Positions 29,503-39,773 of a stretch of 64,000 nt of DNA are shown here, piece by piece; the first letter of the stretch is position 1; each line of letters begins with the position of its first letter. Below the pieces are notes generated by a model, which searched no databases, was not told where the DNA came from, and saw only the letters and a program-made list of their open reading frames with translations. The stretch is from Candidatus Latescibacterota bacterium (GTDB lineage: Bacteria > Latescibacterota > UBA2968 > GCA-2709665). The position numbers and the translations under genes are program-made. The stretch lies in contig OZ220733.1 in NCBI GenBank assembly GCA_965116875.1, positions 2,912,001-2,976,000 of the forward strand, written 5' to 3'.

Positions 29503-30360
29503 TCAAGTCAGATTGCGGAAGAAGAAGCCCTGTGCCGTTCCCCAAAGAATGGCGTCTTTCTCCGCTGGGCTGAGGAAATCCGCGTGGTCCCGGATCAGCG
29601 CCACGGCAGCGGGGTAGTCGGTCATCGGGTCCTCCATCTCAATGGGTCCGCCGCTGTCGGACTCCCACATGCAGCGATGGGCGCCGTACGCTTCCACCAC
29701 CCTGCGGATCAGCGGCAGGACGTCCAGGTAAGGCGCCCGGCGCGAGCACAGCGCCTGGAGCGGACCGATCTTGACCATCACGTTCCGATGCCGGGCGAAC
29801 CGGAGCAGGGCTTCCAGGTCTTCTTCGCTGTAGTCGGCTTCCCGGATCCCCACGTGGCACACGTGGTCGAGAATGACCGGCGTATCCGGAAATCGGGTAC
29901 ACAACCGGTCCAGGTCCGGCAGCAGATCGACCTGCATATTGAAGCTGAGTGCGAGCTCGTGTTCTGCTCCGGCGGCGAACATCTTTTCGAATGCCGGGTG
30001 ATCCAGTGCGTCGGGCGGTTCGCGAAAGGCCAGACACCCCTGTTGCGAAAGTTCGAGCATGGTCCTGTCCGGCTCCGGATCGTCCAGACTGATCATGCCG
30101 GTGCCCGCGAACGTCTCCGGGTCGCCGGCGATGAGGTCGAGGATGTAGCTGTGATCGTAGTCGTACCAGATCATCTGTACCAGGTTGATGCGCACGTCGC
30201 CCACGGACCGGCTGTAGCTGAAGTACTCCTCCGGCGTGAAGGTTGGATGCCAGAGGTCCTCTTCCCTGACCCTGGGTGACAAAGGGTAGCGGTCGAAATC
30301 GTCCGTCCAAACGTGGATGTGCGCGTCGACGATCCGATGGGAGGATGTCTGGTCTGCCAT
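29503..30360 (-). CDS. Amidohydrolase_2-family protein (lactonase-like)
   Basis: VDAHIH, ILDH, CMWESD. Confidence 0.88.
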   Translation of the reverse strand: MADQTSSHRIVDAHIHVWTDDFDRYPLSPRVREEDLWHPTFTPEEYFSYSRSVGDVRINLVQMIWYDYDHSYILDLIAGDPETFAGTGMISLDDPEPDRTMLELSQQGCLAFREPPDALDHPAFEKMFAAGAEHELALSFNMQVDLLPDLDRLCTRFPDTPVILDHVCHVGIREADYSEEDLEALLRFARHRNVMVKIGPLQALCSRRAPYLDVLPLIRRVVEAYGAHRCMWESDSGGPIEMEDPMTDYPAAVALIRDHADFLSPAEKDAILWGTAQGFFFRNLT

Positions 30361-30504
30361 TGGAACACCCCGTTCGTGGTTCCCTTTGGGGCGCGACACA
30401 TCCGCGACCCTGGTCAACCTTTCCGCCCCTTTTGCGTTGTGCGATCGTATTGGCTATATTTGTCGGTCCTGAAAGAACCTGAATCACGTCGCACGGACTA
30501 CGAT

Positions 30505-31263
30505 ATGGCAAAAGCAAAATACGAAGGCTTGTGGCAACCCGATATGCTGGACCGTTTTCCAATGAATCCGAACGTCATGGTGCGCGACCTGGACCGTGAG
30601 CGGCTGGACCTTCTCCTCACATACGTGGCGGAGACCGGCCGAAGCGAGTCCCTTTCCGCTTTCATATCGGGGATCGTGGATCGTCACCCGAAATATCTGC
30701 GCGTAAAAGAACTCTTCGAGACGTTCGAGGCATACCGGCGCATCGGCCAGGCCGTCTACGAACAGTGGCGCGCGGGCAACGTGGAGACGATATACGACAT
30801 GGCCTGCGGCCACGGTCTGCTGGGCATTCTGCTGGCCTGGCGGTTTCCCGCGCTTCGCGTGGTCTGCGTAGACCTGGAGCGCCGGCCGGCCTTCGACCAC
30901 TACCTGGAGATCGTACGCGAGCAGGCGGTGCCGATGGAGAACGTGGAATACATCGAAAGGGACTTCAATGACGTGGAGTTGGGCCCGAGGTCCTACGTCA
31001 TCTGCATCCATGCCTGCAACGAGGGTACCCGGGATGCCCTGGAGATGGCCGGCGCGGCGAACGCGTGTTTTGCGGCCATGCCCTGCTGCATCCGGGACCG
31101 GCTGTACCTGCGCCGGATCAACCACCTGGACGATGACGCGCGATACACGGCGGCCGTTGGCGTTATCGCAGGCAGGTACGGGGCCTACAAGATCACCGCG
31201 ATCGACGATCGCATCACCAACCGCAACCTCATCCTCCTCGGCGCGCCCGCGCCGTCATCGTGA
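30505..31263 (+). CDS. Class I SAM-dependent methyltransferase
   Basis: YDMACGHG, IHAC, MPCC. Confidence 0.8.
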   Translation: MAKAKYEGLWQPDMLDRFPMNPNVMVRDLDRERLDLLLTYVAETGRSESLSAFISGIVDRHPKYLRVKELFETFEAYRRIGQAVYEQWRAGNVETIYDMACGHGLLGILLAWRFPALRVVCVDLERRPAFDHYLEIVREQAVPMENVEYIERDFNDVELGPRSYVICIHACNEGTRDALEMAGAANACFAAMPCCIRDRLYLRRINHLDDDARYTAAVGVIAGRYGAYKITAIDDRITNRNLILLGAPAPSS

Positions 31264-31344
31264 CCCACGAAACGCAATGCCGCCCCGGACTGCCGGCCTC
31301 GTCCAGTCCCTCGCGCCGCATCGGTCTTACCCGAACGCCGTCTC

Positions 31345-32349
31345 TCACCACCGGAAGTCCGGCGCTCCCGCCTCGAAGGCGGCGGCCGACGCCATCATTG
31401 TCTCCAGGTCTCCCCTGGGACGGTACCCGATCAGGGATTTCGCTTTCGTGACGTCGTGATCGTACATCCAGCGCACGGGTACCGTTACTTCCAGGGGCTC
31501 CCGTCCCCTGATCTCGCCGAGCAGCCGTGCGCCCTCCGGATACGTGAAGGGAGCGGGGGCGCCGCCGTTGAACGACTCGCCAACCGCATTCGGAGACCGC
31601 AGGGCGCACACGATGCACTGCGCAATATCCCGCGCGTCATTCGGCTGATAGTACCAGGGTCGCCCGGCCTCGTCCCGGACGGCGCACGGCTGATCAGGAT
31701 CTTCGGCCCGCGCCTCGATCTCGTGCCAGAGTTCGGTACCGTCGTGCATATACATTTCCGTACGCGGACCCGCCTGTCCCGCTTTCAATATCGCGCAGAC
31801 CCGTCCAGCCGTGAACTGATCGAAAATCGCGCTGCCGGACAGCACGTGGCTGGGCCGAACGATGGAAATCCGCAGCCCGGTCTCACGGGACGTCCGTTCC
31901 GCCATCAGTTCCCCGATATACTTGGACAGGGAATACTCGTTATCGGGCCGCTTGGGATGCAACTCGTCCACGGGATGGTAGGCGCAGGCGATGTTCTCGC
32001 CATTATTCGGAAACACGCCGGACGAACTCACGTACACGTAGCGCTCCAGGCTGTCCGCGAACCGCCCGCAAGCCCGCGACACCTCCAGGTTGATCTGCGT
32101 GTTGATCTCGAAATAGGGTCCTACCAGGTTGGCCGTGTGAATCACGGCATCCGTCCCCGAGACAAGCTTCTGCGTGAACGCTCCGTCCGCCAGGTCTCCT
32201 TCCACGAGCTCCACGTCCAGACCGTCCAGCCGGCTCAGACAGGGGTCGTCCGGCAATACGCAGCCCCGGACGTCCAGGTTCAGGTCCAGTAGCTGACGTA
32301 CCAGCCGGCATCCCACCTGTCCCGCCGCGCCGGTCACGAGTACCTTCAT
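31345..32349 (-). CDS. NAD-dependent epimerase/dehydratase
   Basis: VTGAAGQVG, YSLSK. Confidence 0.9.
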   Translation of the reverse strand: MKVLVTGAAGQVGCRLVRQLLDLNLDVRGCVLPDDPCLSRLDGLDVELVEGDLADGAFTQKLVSGTDAVIHTANLVGPYFEINTQINLEVSRACGRFADSLERYVYVSSSGVFPNNGENIACAYHPVDELHPKRPDNEYSLSKYIGELMAERTSRETGLRISIVRPSHVLSGSAIFDQFTAGRVCAILKAGQAGPRTEMYMHDGTELWHEIEARAEDPDQPCAVRDEAGRPWYYQPNDARDIAQCIVCALRSPNAVGESFNGGAPAPFTYPEGARLLGEIRGREPLEVTVPVRWMYDHDVTKAKSLIGYRPRGDLETMMASAAAFEAGAPDFRW

Positions 32350-32623
32350 GGCAGACCTCCTGATCGATTTGCGGAACGGCAGAAACCCGCTCTGCAGTCA
32401 CTGCGGTGGGCGAACGAACCCAATATATCCCCTGGGGTCCGATATCGCAACCCCGCCGCCAACGTACAGAACTTCCAGCGCGCCTTTCATTCTATTGGAA
32501 TGTGCCTACCCGATTTGCTAAATTGACGAAACTCCGCACGCGTTCATCCGTATGTAAAGTCCGTCGCGCGAAACCAAGACATCCCTGTCGTTCGGCCTCC
32601 CAGCCCATCCCGGAGCGCAGCCC

Positions 32624-33694
32624 ATGTCCACCGCACAACGCTTCCGCCCCGCGCACATGCACGCCATCGCCCGCAATCTGTTGTCGGCTGCCGGCGCCCC
32701 GCGCCACGTCGCAGATACCGTTTCCGGAGTCCTCGTCAACTCCAACCTCTCCGGCCACGACTCCCACGGCGTGCTCCGGATCCCCACCTATCTGGACGGT
32801 ATTTCCGGCGGCGCAATCGTGCCGGCCGCCGAACCGGAGATCGTCCGGGAGAACGGGAATACGCTGATTGTGGACGGCCATAGCGGGATGGGGATCTATA
32901 CCGCGCGAAAGGCCATTGACCTCGCCATCGACAACGCCGCCCGGTCCGGGGTGTGCTGCATCAGCTTCAGACGCGTGGGCCACTTCGGACGGCTCGGAGA
33001 ATACGCGGAGATCGCCGCCCGCGCCGGCTGTATCGCCATCATCACCATCGGCGTGGGGACCGTGGACGCCGTCGCGCCGTACGGCGCAACCCGCGGCCCC
33101 CTCGGGACGAATCCGATCGCCTTCGGAGTGCCCACCGGCGATGCCGCCCCGTTTATCCTGGACATTGCCACGAGCGTCGTGGCCGAAGGCAAGCTGCAGG
33201 TGGCCCGCGCCGAGAAGTCGTCCATTCCGGAAGGAAATATCCTGGACAAACACGGCAAGCCCAGCACAGATCCGCTGGACTTCTACGACGGAGGATATCT
33301 CCTGCCGTTCGGGGCGCACAAGGGCTCCGGGCTCCTGCTGCTGACCTGCCTGTTGAGCGGCCTGTCGGGCGTTCCGGAAGTGGAAGAGGGTACACTTTCG
33401 GGCGCGTTCATGCAGGTGATACGCATCAGCGCCTTCACTCCGCTGGCGTCCTACCAGCGCGGGATTCGCGCCTTCCTGGACATGATCAAGGCCATCCCCC
33501 CGGCGCCCGGCTTCGACGAGGTCCTCGTGCCGGGGGACTTCGAACACCGCACCCGCGCGCAACGCCTTCGTGACGGATTCGACGTCCCGGGCCCCATCGT
33601 GGAGGCGTTGACGGATCGCGCGGACCGGCTGAACGTGTCCATGGCGGAAGACACCGTTGAGCCTGGAGATGAGGAAAGGTACATGAGGCGGTGA
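32624..33694 (+). CDS. Ldh_2-family oxidoreductase (second copy)
   Basis: GHDSHG, GHFGRL, GTNPIAFG, DIATS, HKGSGL. Confidence 0.92.
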   Translation: MSTAQRFRPAHMHAIARNLLSAAGAPRHVADTVSGVLVNSNLSGHDSHGVLRIPTYLDGISGGAIVPAAEPEIVRENGNTLIVDGHSGMGIYTARKAIDLAIDNAARSGVCCISFRRVGHFGRLGEYAEIAARAGCIAIITIGVGTVDAVAPYGATRGPLGTNPIAFGVPTGDAAPFILDIATSVVAEGKLQVARAEKSSIPEGNILDKHGKPSTDPLDFYDGGYLLPFGAHKGSGLLLLTCLLSGLSGVPEVEEGTLSGAFMQVIRISAFTPLASYQRGIRAFLDMIKAIPPAPGFDEVLVPGDFEHRTRAQRLRDGFDVPGPIVEALTDRADRLNVSMAEDTVEPGDEERYMRR

Positions 33695-33840
33695 GACGGT
33701 AGAGGGGAGACGGGAGAAGAAGCCCATGCACGGTATGGTTTTCCTCCTTGCCTTCGGCACGAGAAGAAACCCTATGCGGCACGCGATACCCGCCTTTCCT
33801 CCCCCTTTCCTTTAGGAGAGGGGGCCGGGGGGAGAGGTCC
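33691..33840 (+). repeat. Family H repeat copy D followed by the right end of the 175-bp element
   Basis: GTGAGACGG overlaps the Ldh stop codon; TGCCTTCGGCA at 33749-33759; CCTTTAGGAGAGGGGGCCGGGGGGAGAGGTC end. Confidence 0.75.
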
Positions 33841-33862
33841 CGTGCGCATCGACGTTGCAATG

Positions 33863-33888
33863 GTAGGAGCGTCCCTTGTGGGCGCCCG
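33863..33888 (+). repeat. GTAG-type REP, left of the TA module
   Basis: GTAGGAGCGTCCCTTGTGGGCGCCCG. Confidence 0.8.
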
Positions 33889-33912
33889 CCTTTTCAAAAA
33901 ATATACTGAATT

Positions 33913-33955
33913 AATATAATTATTATATTGAAAATATATGATTATTGTATATATT
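33913..33955. promoter_or_regulatory. AT-rich palindromic operator/promoter of the TA operon
   Basis: Perfect inverted repeat AATATAAT-T-ATTATATT (33913-33929) and a second AATATAT..ATATATT. Confidence 0.55.
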
Positions 33956-34012
33956 CTATGCGGAATCGCTGAATTGGATGTTTGATAATGGCCGAATGGA
34001 CGGACCCTGTCA

Positions 34013-34282
34013 ATGGAGTTCGAATTCGACGATTCGAAGAGTCAGAGAAATATGGAAAAACACGGCATCGACTTCATTGAGGCTCAAGGGATCTGGGATG
34101 ATCCCGAAATCATCGAAATCCCGGCTCGGGTCGTAGACGAACCCAGGTTTCTTGTGATCGGGATGATTCGCGGGACCTGCTGGTCTGGTATCGTCACGTA
34201 TCGCGGGGAGAAGGTCCGGATCATATCCGTCCGCCGGTCCAGAAAGGAGGAGATCGAAATCTATGAAAGCGCAAGAACTTGA
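34013..34282 (+). CDS. brnT: BrnT-family type II toxin
   Basis: MEFEFDDSKSQRNMEKHGIDF...VRIISVRRSRKEE signature. Confidence 0.92.
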   Translation: MEFEFDDSKSQRNMEKHGIDFIEAQGIWDDPEIIEIPARVVDEPRFLVIGMIRGTCWSGIVTYRGEKVRIISVRRSRKEEIEIYESART

Positions 34283-34490
34283 GGAGAAATTCGACAGCGG
34301 AGAAGATGTAACCGGGTACCTGGACCTGGATCGGGCGAGAAGGCCAGCCCAGGAGCCGAAGCGGGTGAACGTGGATTTTCCAATCTGGATGGTTCATTCG
34401 CTCGACAGGGAAGCCGGGCGTCTGGGTGTAACGCGGCAGTCGATCATCAAATTCTGGATCGCGGAAAAGCTGAAGGTCGTGTCTTCGTGA
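34263..34490 (+). CDS. brnA: BrnA/CopG-like RHH antitoxin
   Basis: KRVNVDFPIWM..LDREA.RLGVTRQSIIK; overlaps the toxin 3' end. Confidence 0.88.
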   Translation: MKAQELEEKFDSGEDVTGYLDLDRARRPAQEPKRVNVDFPIWMVHSLDREAGRLGVTRQSIIKFWIAEKLKVVSS

Positions 34491-34541
34491 GATGGAGCGG
34501 AGGGCCGACCGGGCAGTGGACTCCTGGTTATCGCCGGTGTC

Positions 34542-34647
34542 CGGGCGCCCACAAGGGACGCCCCTACAAGACCGGACATTCACGAATTGGACTGTCCGGA
34601 ATCCGTACCGACATTACATTCGTAGGGGCGCCCCTTGTGGGCGCCCG
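34542..34647. repeat. Two GTAG-type REPs (34542-34567 minus, 34622-34647 plus)
   Basis: CGGGCGCCCACAAGGGACGCCCCTAC and GTAGGGGCGCCCCTTGTGGGCGCCCG. Confidence 0.8.
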
Positions 34648-34730
34648 CCTCTCCGGTGTTCCTCTCACAAGAATGAAAACGGGGGCGAGATGAATCGCCC
34701 CCGTTTACCTTTCATCATTTTTCCCCGCGC

Positions 34731-35324
34731 CTATACGTGCGGGCCTCGTTCCCTGATAATCCGTAACGCCAGGTCCGGATCGATCTGAACGATCATCTCC
34801 GGTTCGATTTTGCAATGGCCGGGCAGGTCGAACCCCGCCACCGCGCTGCGGGCGTGCCATCCCGACAGCGATGCGTCCATCCCGTCTTCGCCGAACCGCG
34901 AACCCGGTCCTCCGAACACGTCGTGGAAGACCGTGCTGTACCCGTCCACGACCTGGGGCGACTTCGAAAAGGAACCGCCGCCGGCGGAATTCACCATCCC
35001 GATGCATTTTACGCAATACCACACGTCGTTCAGCGTGCCGAACGGGTCCAGCGCCCAATGCAGCGTCACGACGTGGGAAATGCCCGCCTCCCTTCCGGCC
35101 TCGAAACCTGCTTCCACGTCCGCGTCGTCATTGGTCACCGCGCCTGTCCCACCCCCCGTCCCTGATGTAAACACCAGCCCGGAAGGCGTAAACGTGGCCA
35201 TGCAGATCCGCCGTCCCTGAGGCGCAGGACACGCATCCTCCCTGGATCCCAGATCGATTCCCAGCTCCTCCAACCGGTCGTATACGTCGAAATCCCTCTG
35301 CCATGAACCGTGCAGTTCCGCCAT
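34731..35324 (-). CDS. RidA/YjgF-like family protein
   Basis: LVFTSG, KCIGMVNS, VVDGYS..F..VFG, HARSAV. Confidence 0.75.
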   Translation of the reverse strand: MAELHGSWQRDFDVYDRLEELGIDLGSREDACPAPQGRRICMATFTPSGLVFTSGTGGGTGAVTNDDADVEAGFEAGREAGISHVVTLHWALDPFGTLNDVWYCVKCIGMVNSAGGGSFSKSPQVVDGYSTVFHDVFGGPGSRFGEDGMDASLSGWHARSAVAGFDLPGHCKIEPEMIVQIDPDLALRIIRERGPHV

Positions 35325-35473
35325 TTGCTCTCCTCCGTGTAAGTTGGCGATTCCGAAAAACGTGCACTTAAAATATAGTCTGTATACGCGATGTCAAGCC
35401 TCGAAAACGGCACCGCGTACCGGAATTTTCCTGGCGAGATCGTCGCGGAATCCGGTCTCTCTCCGCGTTCCCG

Positions 35474-36544
35474 CTACCAGATGGTGGCGGCGATATACCG
35501 CTCACCGTCGGGCTCGTCGTCGTAATAATACGCGGAAACGACCCTGCCGTCCGGCCGCTGCACCGCGCGTGGATAGCCGACGTCGTGGTCCCCGCCGTCG
35601 TCCCTCAGGACAATGGGGTCGGTCCACGTCGCTCCCTCGTCTTCGCTCACCACGGCCCGAAGCCCCGAAGGCGCGTCGCGGTACCCGTATACGAGGCAGA
35701 GGCGCCCGTCGTCCAGCAGCATCATCGCGGGCGGGTTGCCCCCCGTCCCGGTTTCGGCCACCGGCCGGTTGACGTAGCGCCAGTTCGCCGCGTTGTCGTC
35801 CGAACTGTACAGGTCGATCCAGTTGCCTTCCCTGCTCCCGCCGCCCCCCCGGCATCGCACGGACACCAGGATGCGTCCTCCGGGAAGCCGGATGCTGGCC
35901 GGCATGATGGCGAATCCCTCCGGTTCATCTCCGATCCAGGACAGGAACTCAAACGTCCTCCCGCCGTCCAAGGTGCGCGCGCAGAACACCCGGCCCTCGC
36001 GCCCGTCGGATTTGGCCGACGTGAGGAACAACGTGCAGGTGTCCGGTCCATCCAGCAGATAGTCCGTTCGGGCCGCGATTCCCCGCAGCCCGAACATAGG
36101 CAGACCAAAGGGACCGTCCCATGACCGGCACCGGTCGGTCGACGTATAGAACCAGGACCGGGCGCCGTCTGCAAGTCCTGTACGGGCGCACATCAGCGCG
36201 ATATCCGGATGGCTGAAGTCGATCCCATAGGGATGCCCGGGCGGCAGCTTAGCCGCCACTTCAATCTCCAGCGAGCGGTTCACATGCTCGTTCGCCGATA
36301 CCCCCTTGCCTTCCGGAGAGGCGATCGGTATCGGTTCGACGGACCAGTTCAGACCGCCGTCCGGACTGCGCGCCTGCATGGTCTCAAAGGGCCGGTCCCG
36401 GTCGCGCCGGTGAAACCCGCCGTCCGACTTGTGATACCCCAACGTGAAGCCGACCACGATCTCGTTTCCCCACGACCAGATCCCGTAGTTCGCCGGCCAC
36501 CCGGCGTATCTCCCCTTTTCCCTGTAGACGACGACGTGTTCCAT
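35474..36544 (-). CDS. Sialidase/BNR-repeat protein
   Basis: Five Asp-boxes (SPDGGLNW, STDRCRSW, TLDGGRTF, SDDNAANW, SEDEGATW). Confidence 0.88.
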   Translation of the reverse strand: MEHVVVYREKGRYAGWPANYGIWSWGNEIVVGFTLGYHKSDGGFHRRDRDRPFETMQARSPDGGLNWSVEPIPIASPEGKGVSANEHVNRSLEIEVAAKLPPGHPYGIDFSHPDIALMCARTGLADGARSWFYTSTDRCRSWDGPFGLPMFGLRGIAARTDYLLDGPDTCTLFLTSAKSDGREGRVFCARTLDGGRTFEFLSWIGDEPEGFAIMPASIRLPGGRILVSVRCRGGGGSREGNWIDLYSSDDNAANWRYVNRPVAETGTGGNPPAMMLLDDGRLCLVYGYRDAPSGLRAVVSEDEGATWTDPIVLRDDGGDHDVGYPRAVQRPDGRVVSAYYYDDEPDGERYIAATIW

Positions 36545-36777
36545 GTTCAGTACTCCCATCTTCGGTAATATGTATTACTGATGGCGGTTGTCGTTGAATT
36601 CAATCAGATCACCCGTATCGCAAACCACGCGTAAAGGTTATCGCTGGATATTCTGACGCCAGCCCGCGCAAATCCGCCTTGTGCGCCATCACGGGCGGCA
36701 TTATTCTATACCGGCCGCGGCATACAGATCTCCTCGCCCTTCGCGTCCGGACCCGTATAAACAGAAAGGACCTCTCG

Positions 36778-37422
36778 ATGGATACACTGCAACTGGCGGC
36801 GCCCACCAACGCCTTTGTCCTGTTCAACGGCAGGGACCTCAGCAACTGGACCGCCCGGGACGGAGGCGATCCCGGATGGTCCGTGGAAGACGGCATCCTC
36901 CAGGTCGTGCCCCGGACGGGTGACATCATCCACACCGAGCCCCTGACCGACTTTTTTCTCCACCTGGAGTTCCGCAGTCCGGACATGCCCGAGGCCACGG
37001 GACAGGCCAAGGGCAACAGCGGGGTCTTTTTGCAGGGCCTCTACGAGATTCAGGTCCTGGATTCCTCGCACGTCAACGTCCCCGGCACCGGCGACTGCGG
37101 CGCCTTTTACCTCGAGTCCGCCCCGCTCGTGAACGCCTGCAGACCGGCCATGGAATGGCAGACGTACGATATCTGGTTCCGGGCGCCCCGCCTGGGCGAC
37201 TCCGGCGACGTTTCCGAACACGCCCGCGCCACCGTTCTCCAGAACGGCATCGTCATCCAGAACAACGTGCAGATCTCCGGCCCCACGGGATCCGCTTCCG
37301 GCTTGACGGTTGGAACTTCCGGCCCGCTGCGCCTGCAGGACCACGGAGACCGCGTCGCCTACCGCAACATCTGGGCCGTTCCGCTTCCCACAAAGGGTTC
37401 CGACACGTACGAACCGCAGTAG
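36778..37422 (+). CDS. DUF1080 (3-keto-disaccharide hydrolase-like) protein
   Basis: LFNGRDLSNW, GNSGVF, YEIQVLDS, LQDHG..VAYRNIW. Confidence 0.92.
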   Translation: MDTLQLAAPTNAFVLFNGRDLSNWTARDGGDPGWSVEDGILQVVPRTGDIIHTEPLTDFFLHLEFRSPDMPEATGQAKGNSGVFLQGLYEIQVLDSSHVNVPGTGDCGAFYLESAPLVNACRPAMEWQTYDIWFRAPRLGDSGDVSEHARATVLQNGIVIQNNVQISGPTGSASGLTVGTSGPLRLQDHGDRVAYRNIWAVPLPTKGSDTYEPQ

Positions 37423-37485
37423 CATTCGCGATGGAACCCGCGCTGTATTGTAATCGGCACGACTTGCATACAATGACGGTCTCCC

Positions 37486-38082
37486 ATGAATAACGCCATT
37501 GATCTGGCCGGCCTTGACACGGATCCCGGTCTCCTCAGGTTCGCCCTGAACGGAAGTTGTGTCGACGGCCCGTCCTTCGAAACCTGGAGGCGGGCGCGAT
37601 CGTTCATCGCCTCCGAGATCCATCGGCCGGGTGCCATGCTGGATATCGGATGCGCCAACGGATTCCTGTTGCGTTGTCTACAGGAATGGTCCGAATACCC
37701 GATCACTCCGTTCGGTATCGACTCCAGCGCGGGCAGGGCCCGGGACGTCGCCAGGTTCTTTCCCTCGCAGCGAGACCATTTCGCCCGTCTTCCCGTAGAG
37801 CGGATGGGCGAAATCGACGCTCACGGTCTTCCCACCAAATACGATTTCATCTACTGGGCCGTCTGGGACAATTACGGGTTCGACCGTCAGGACCGGATCG
37901 ACCTTCTGCAACGGGCCTTCGAGAGTGTGAAAGACGACGGACGGCTGATACTGGGCTTCTACGACCGCGATCCCAAGACGATCGATAACAAGATCGCCCG
38001 GATTCAGGACCTCAATCTCGGGCACGGGGTCCGCGTGGCGAATCCCAACGGACCGCAGGAACTGTTGCGGATATCGAAATAG
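37486..38082 (+). CDS. Class I SAM-dependent methyltransferase
   Basis: MLDIGCANG motif I. Confidence 0.8.
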   Translation: MNNAIDLAGLDTDPGLLRFALNGSCVDGPSFETWRRARSFIASEIHRPGAMLDIGCANGFLLRCLQEWSEYPITPFGIDSSAGRARDVARFFPSQRDHFARLPVERMGEIDAHGLPTKYDFIYWAVWDNYGFDRQDRIDLLQRAFESVKDDGRLILGFYDRDPKTIDNKIARIQDLNLGHGVRVANPNGPQELLRISK

Positions 38083-38088
38083 CAAAGG

Positions 38089-38114
38089 CGGGCAACCACA
38101 AGGGTTGCCCCTAC
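38089..38114 (-). repeat. GTAG-type REP
   Basis: CGGGCAACCACAAGGGTTGCCCCTAC. Confidence 0.8.
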
Positions 38115-38183
38115 AATTGCACATCAGGCGCAGGTGTTGATGTTGATTTTTCTGACGGCTGACGGCTGAGAGCTGCTTCCCAC

Positions 38184-38648
38184 TCATCTCCTGATCACGT
38201 CCTCGAACTCCTGGAACATTTCGATGCTGATGCCGTCCGGGTCCAGTGCGTACATCGCACGGGCCACCACCACCCCGTCGCGGTCCACGTCCGTGGGCGG
38301 ATTGATCGAACCGAAACCCGCCTCCTTGAGTCGCGCGTGCATCGCGTCCACGTCGTCCACCTCGAACGCCGCGTGCGATGCGCCCAGATACCGGTTTTCC
38401 TGGGGCCGGGGCTCAACTTCCGGATGAACGTATTGAACGAGTTCCAGTATGAACTCGTTCACGGGATGCCGCAGGATCGCAATCTTCAGATGGACCTCGT
38501 CGTAGCCCAGAATCGTATCGTACGACGGAAGGTCCTTCCGCTCGGATATCCGCACAAGCTCCAGCCCGAGCAGGTCCCGGTAAAACGCAACCGAACGATC
38601 CAGGTCCGATACCGTAAATCCGTGATGGTGCCCCATTACAATGCCCAT
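38184..38648 (-). CDS. VOC/glyoxalase-family protein
   Basis: HHGFTVSDLDRSVAFY, ELVQY, HAAFEV, DPDGISIE. Confidence 0.92.
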   Translation of the reverse strand: MGIVMGHHHGFTVSDLDRSVAFYRDLLGLELVRISERKDLPSYDTILGYDEVHLKIAILRHPVNEFILELVQYVHPEVEPRPQENRYLGASHAAFEVDDVDAMHARLKEAGFGSINPPTDVDRDGVVVARAMYALDPDGISIEMFQEFEDVIRR

Positions 38649-38859
38649 ATCTCTTTACTCCATGAAAGTAGACAGCCGCGAGGATGGTAATGAAAAACCT
38701 GCCGAAAGGGCGCTGTCGATTGCTGTTCGCACGGAAATCATACCCGAAATATACCACTCTAAATCATGCGAAGTTATGAACGCCATTTTAGCTAATATAT
38801 AACCGGGAGTGACAAAAAGCCGACATTTTTCGCACCTCCTCGACGTGTATTTTCGCAGC

Positions 38860-38980
38860 GCGTTCATTGAGCTTGTCGAAATGCCCGCGCTGCGGTAGCC
38901 AGTCGTTGTCCTTCGCCGACCCTTCGACAATCCTTCGGCAGGCTCAGGACAACGGCTCAGGGACCGCAGGCTCAGGGGGC
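38860..38980. repeat. Degenerate TGAGCTTGTCGAA / CCCTTCGACA..GCTCAGG REP-type cluster
   Basis: Inverted TTGTCGAA/TTCGACAA and three GGCTCAGG copies. Confidence 0.55.
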
Positions 38981-39321
38981 GGGAAAGGTTGCGCGAGATT
39001 GAATCCGTTCGCGGTGGCATCGATCGAATACAGGAATCGACCCAGACGTCGCCCTTGGTTTGCGGGAACCCGCGCCCCGTCACGGTCGTATATATGGCAT
39101 CTGTGGCGGTGACCCGCTGACTGTTCGGAAAGCTACGGAACCGGTCTGACAGACGTGGGGCCGTCCGGCGCGGATACCTGCTGAACCTTCCGTACCCTAT
39201 CGACGGAATGGGGCTCCGGCAGTTGCGTCGATTCCGTTGTCCGTCCAGGCAGGGCGCGCGTCCGATCATCGGGCCGCGGCCGGCCTGGTCCGTTTTCAAC
39301 CTGTTTCAAAGGAGTTGATCC

Positions 39322-39750
39322 ATGCGCATCCGAAGTACGCTTTCTGTCGTCACCCTTTCGCTCTTTCTGATGGCCGGATCCAGTCTGGCAGGAACCGTGG
39401 AGGTACCGGGCGACGGCAACCCGGCCCTGTACGTCGTGAAGGTACACGCAGACTGGTGCGGCGCCTGCACGGCGCTGATACCCGTCCTGGACGAGGTCCG
39501 GACGTCACTTGCGGACAAGCCGGTTCTGTTTCTCGAGCTGGACGTGACCGACGCGAAGCGCACCTCCCAGTCGCGCCTGCTGGCCGCCGCCCTCGGTATC
39601 GAGGAGCCGTTCAAGGCCAACAACAAGACGGGCCTGGTCCTGCTCATCGATCCCGCGAAGAAAGCAGTCGTGGAGACCCTGACGCGCAAGAATCCCGCGG
39701 ACGAGATGACGGGCAAAATCAAGGGCCACATCGCCGCGAATGGCAAGTAA
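39322..39750 (+). CDS. Secreted thioredoxin-like protein
   Basis: Signal peptide; HADWCGAC; AAAGGAG RBS. Confidence 0.88.
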   Translation: MRIRSTLSVVTLSLFLMAGSSLAGTVEVPGDGNPALYVVKVHADWCGACTALIPVLDEVRTSLADKPVLFLELDVTDAKRTSQSRLLAAALGIEEPFKANNKTGLVLLIDPAKKAVVETLTRKNPADEMTGKIKGHIAANGK

Positions 39751-39773
39751 CGCTAGTGTAAGCCTGCGACGTG

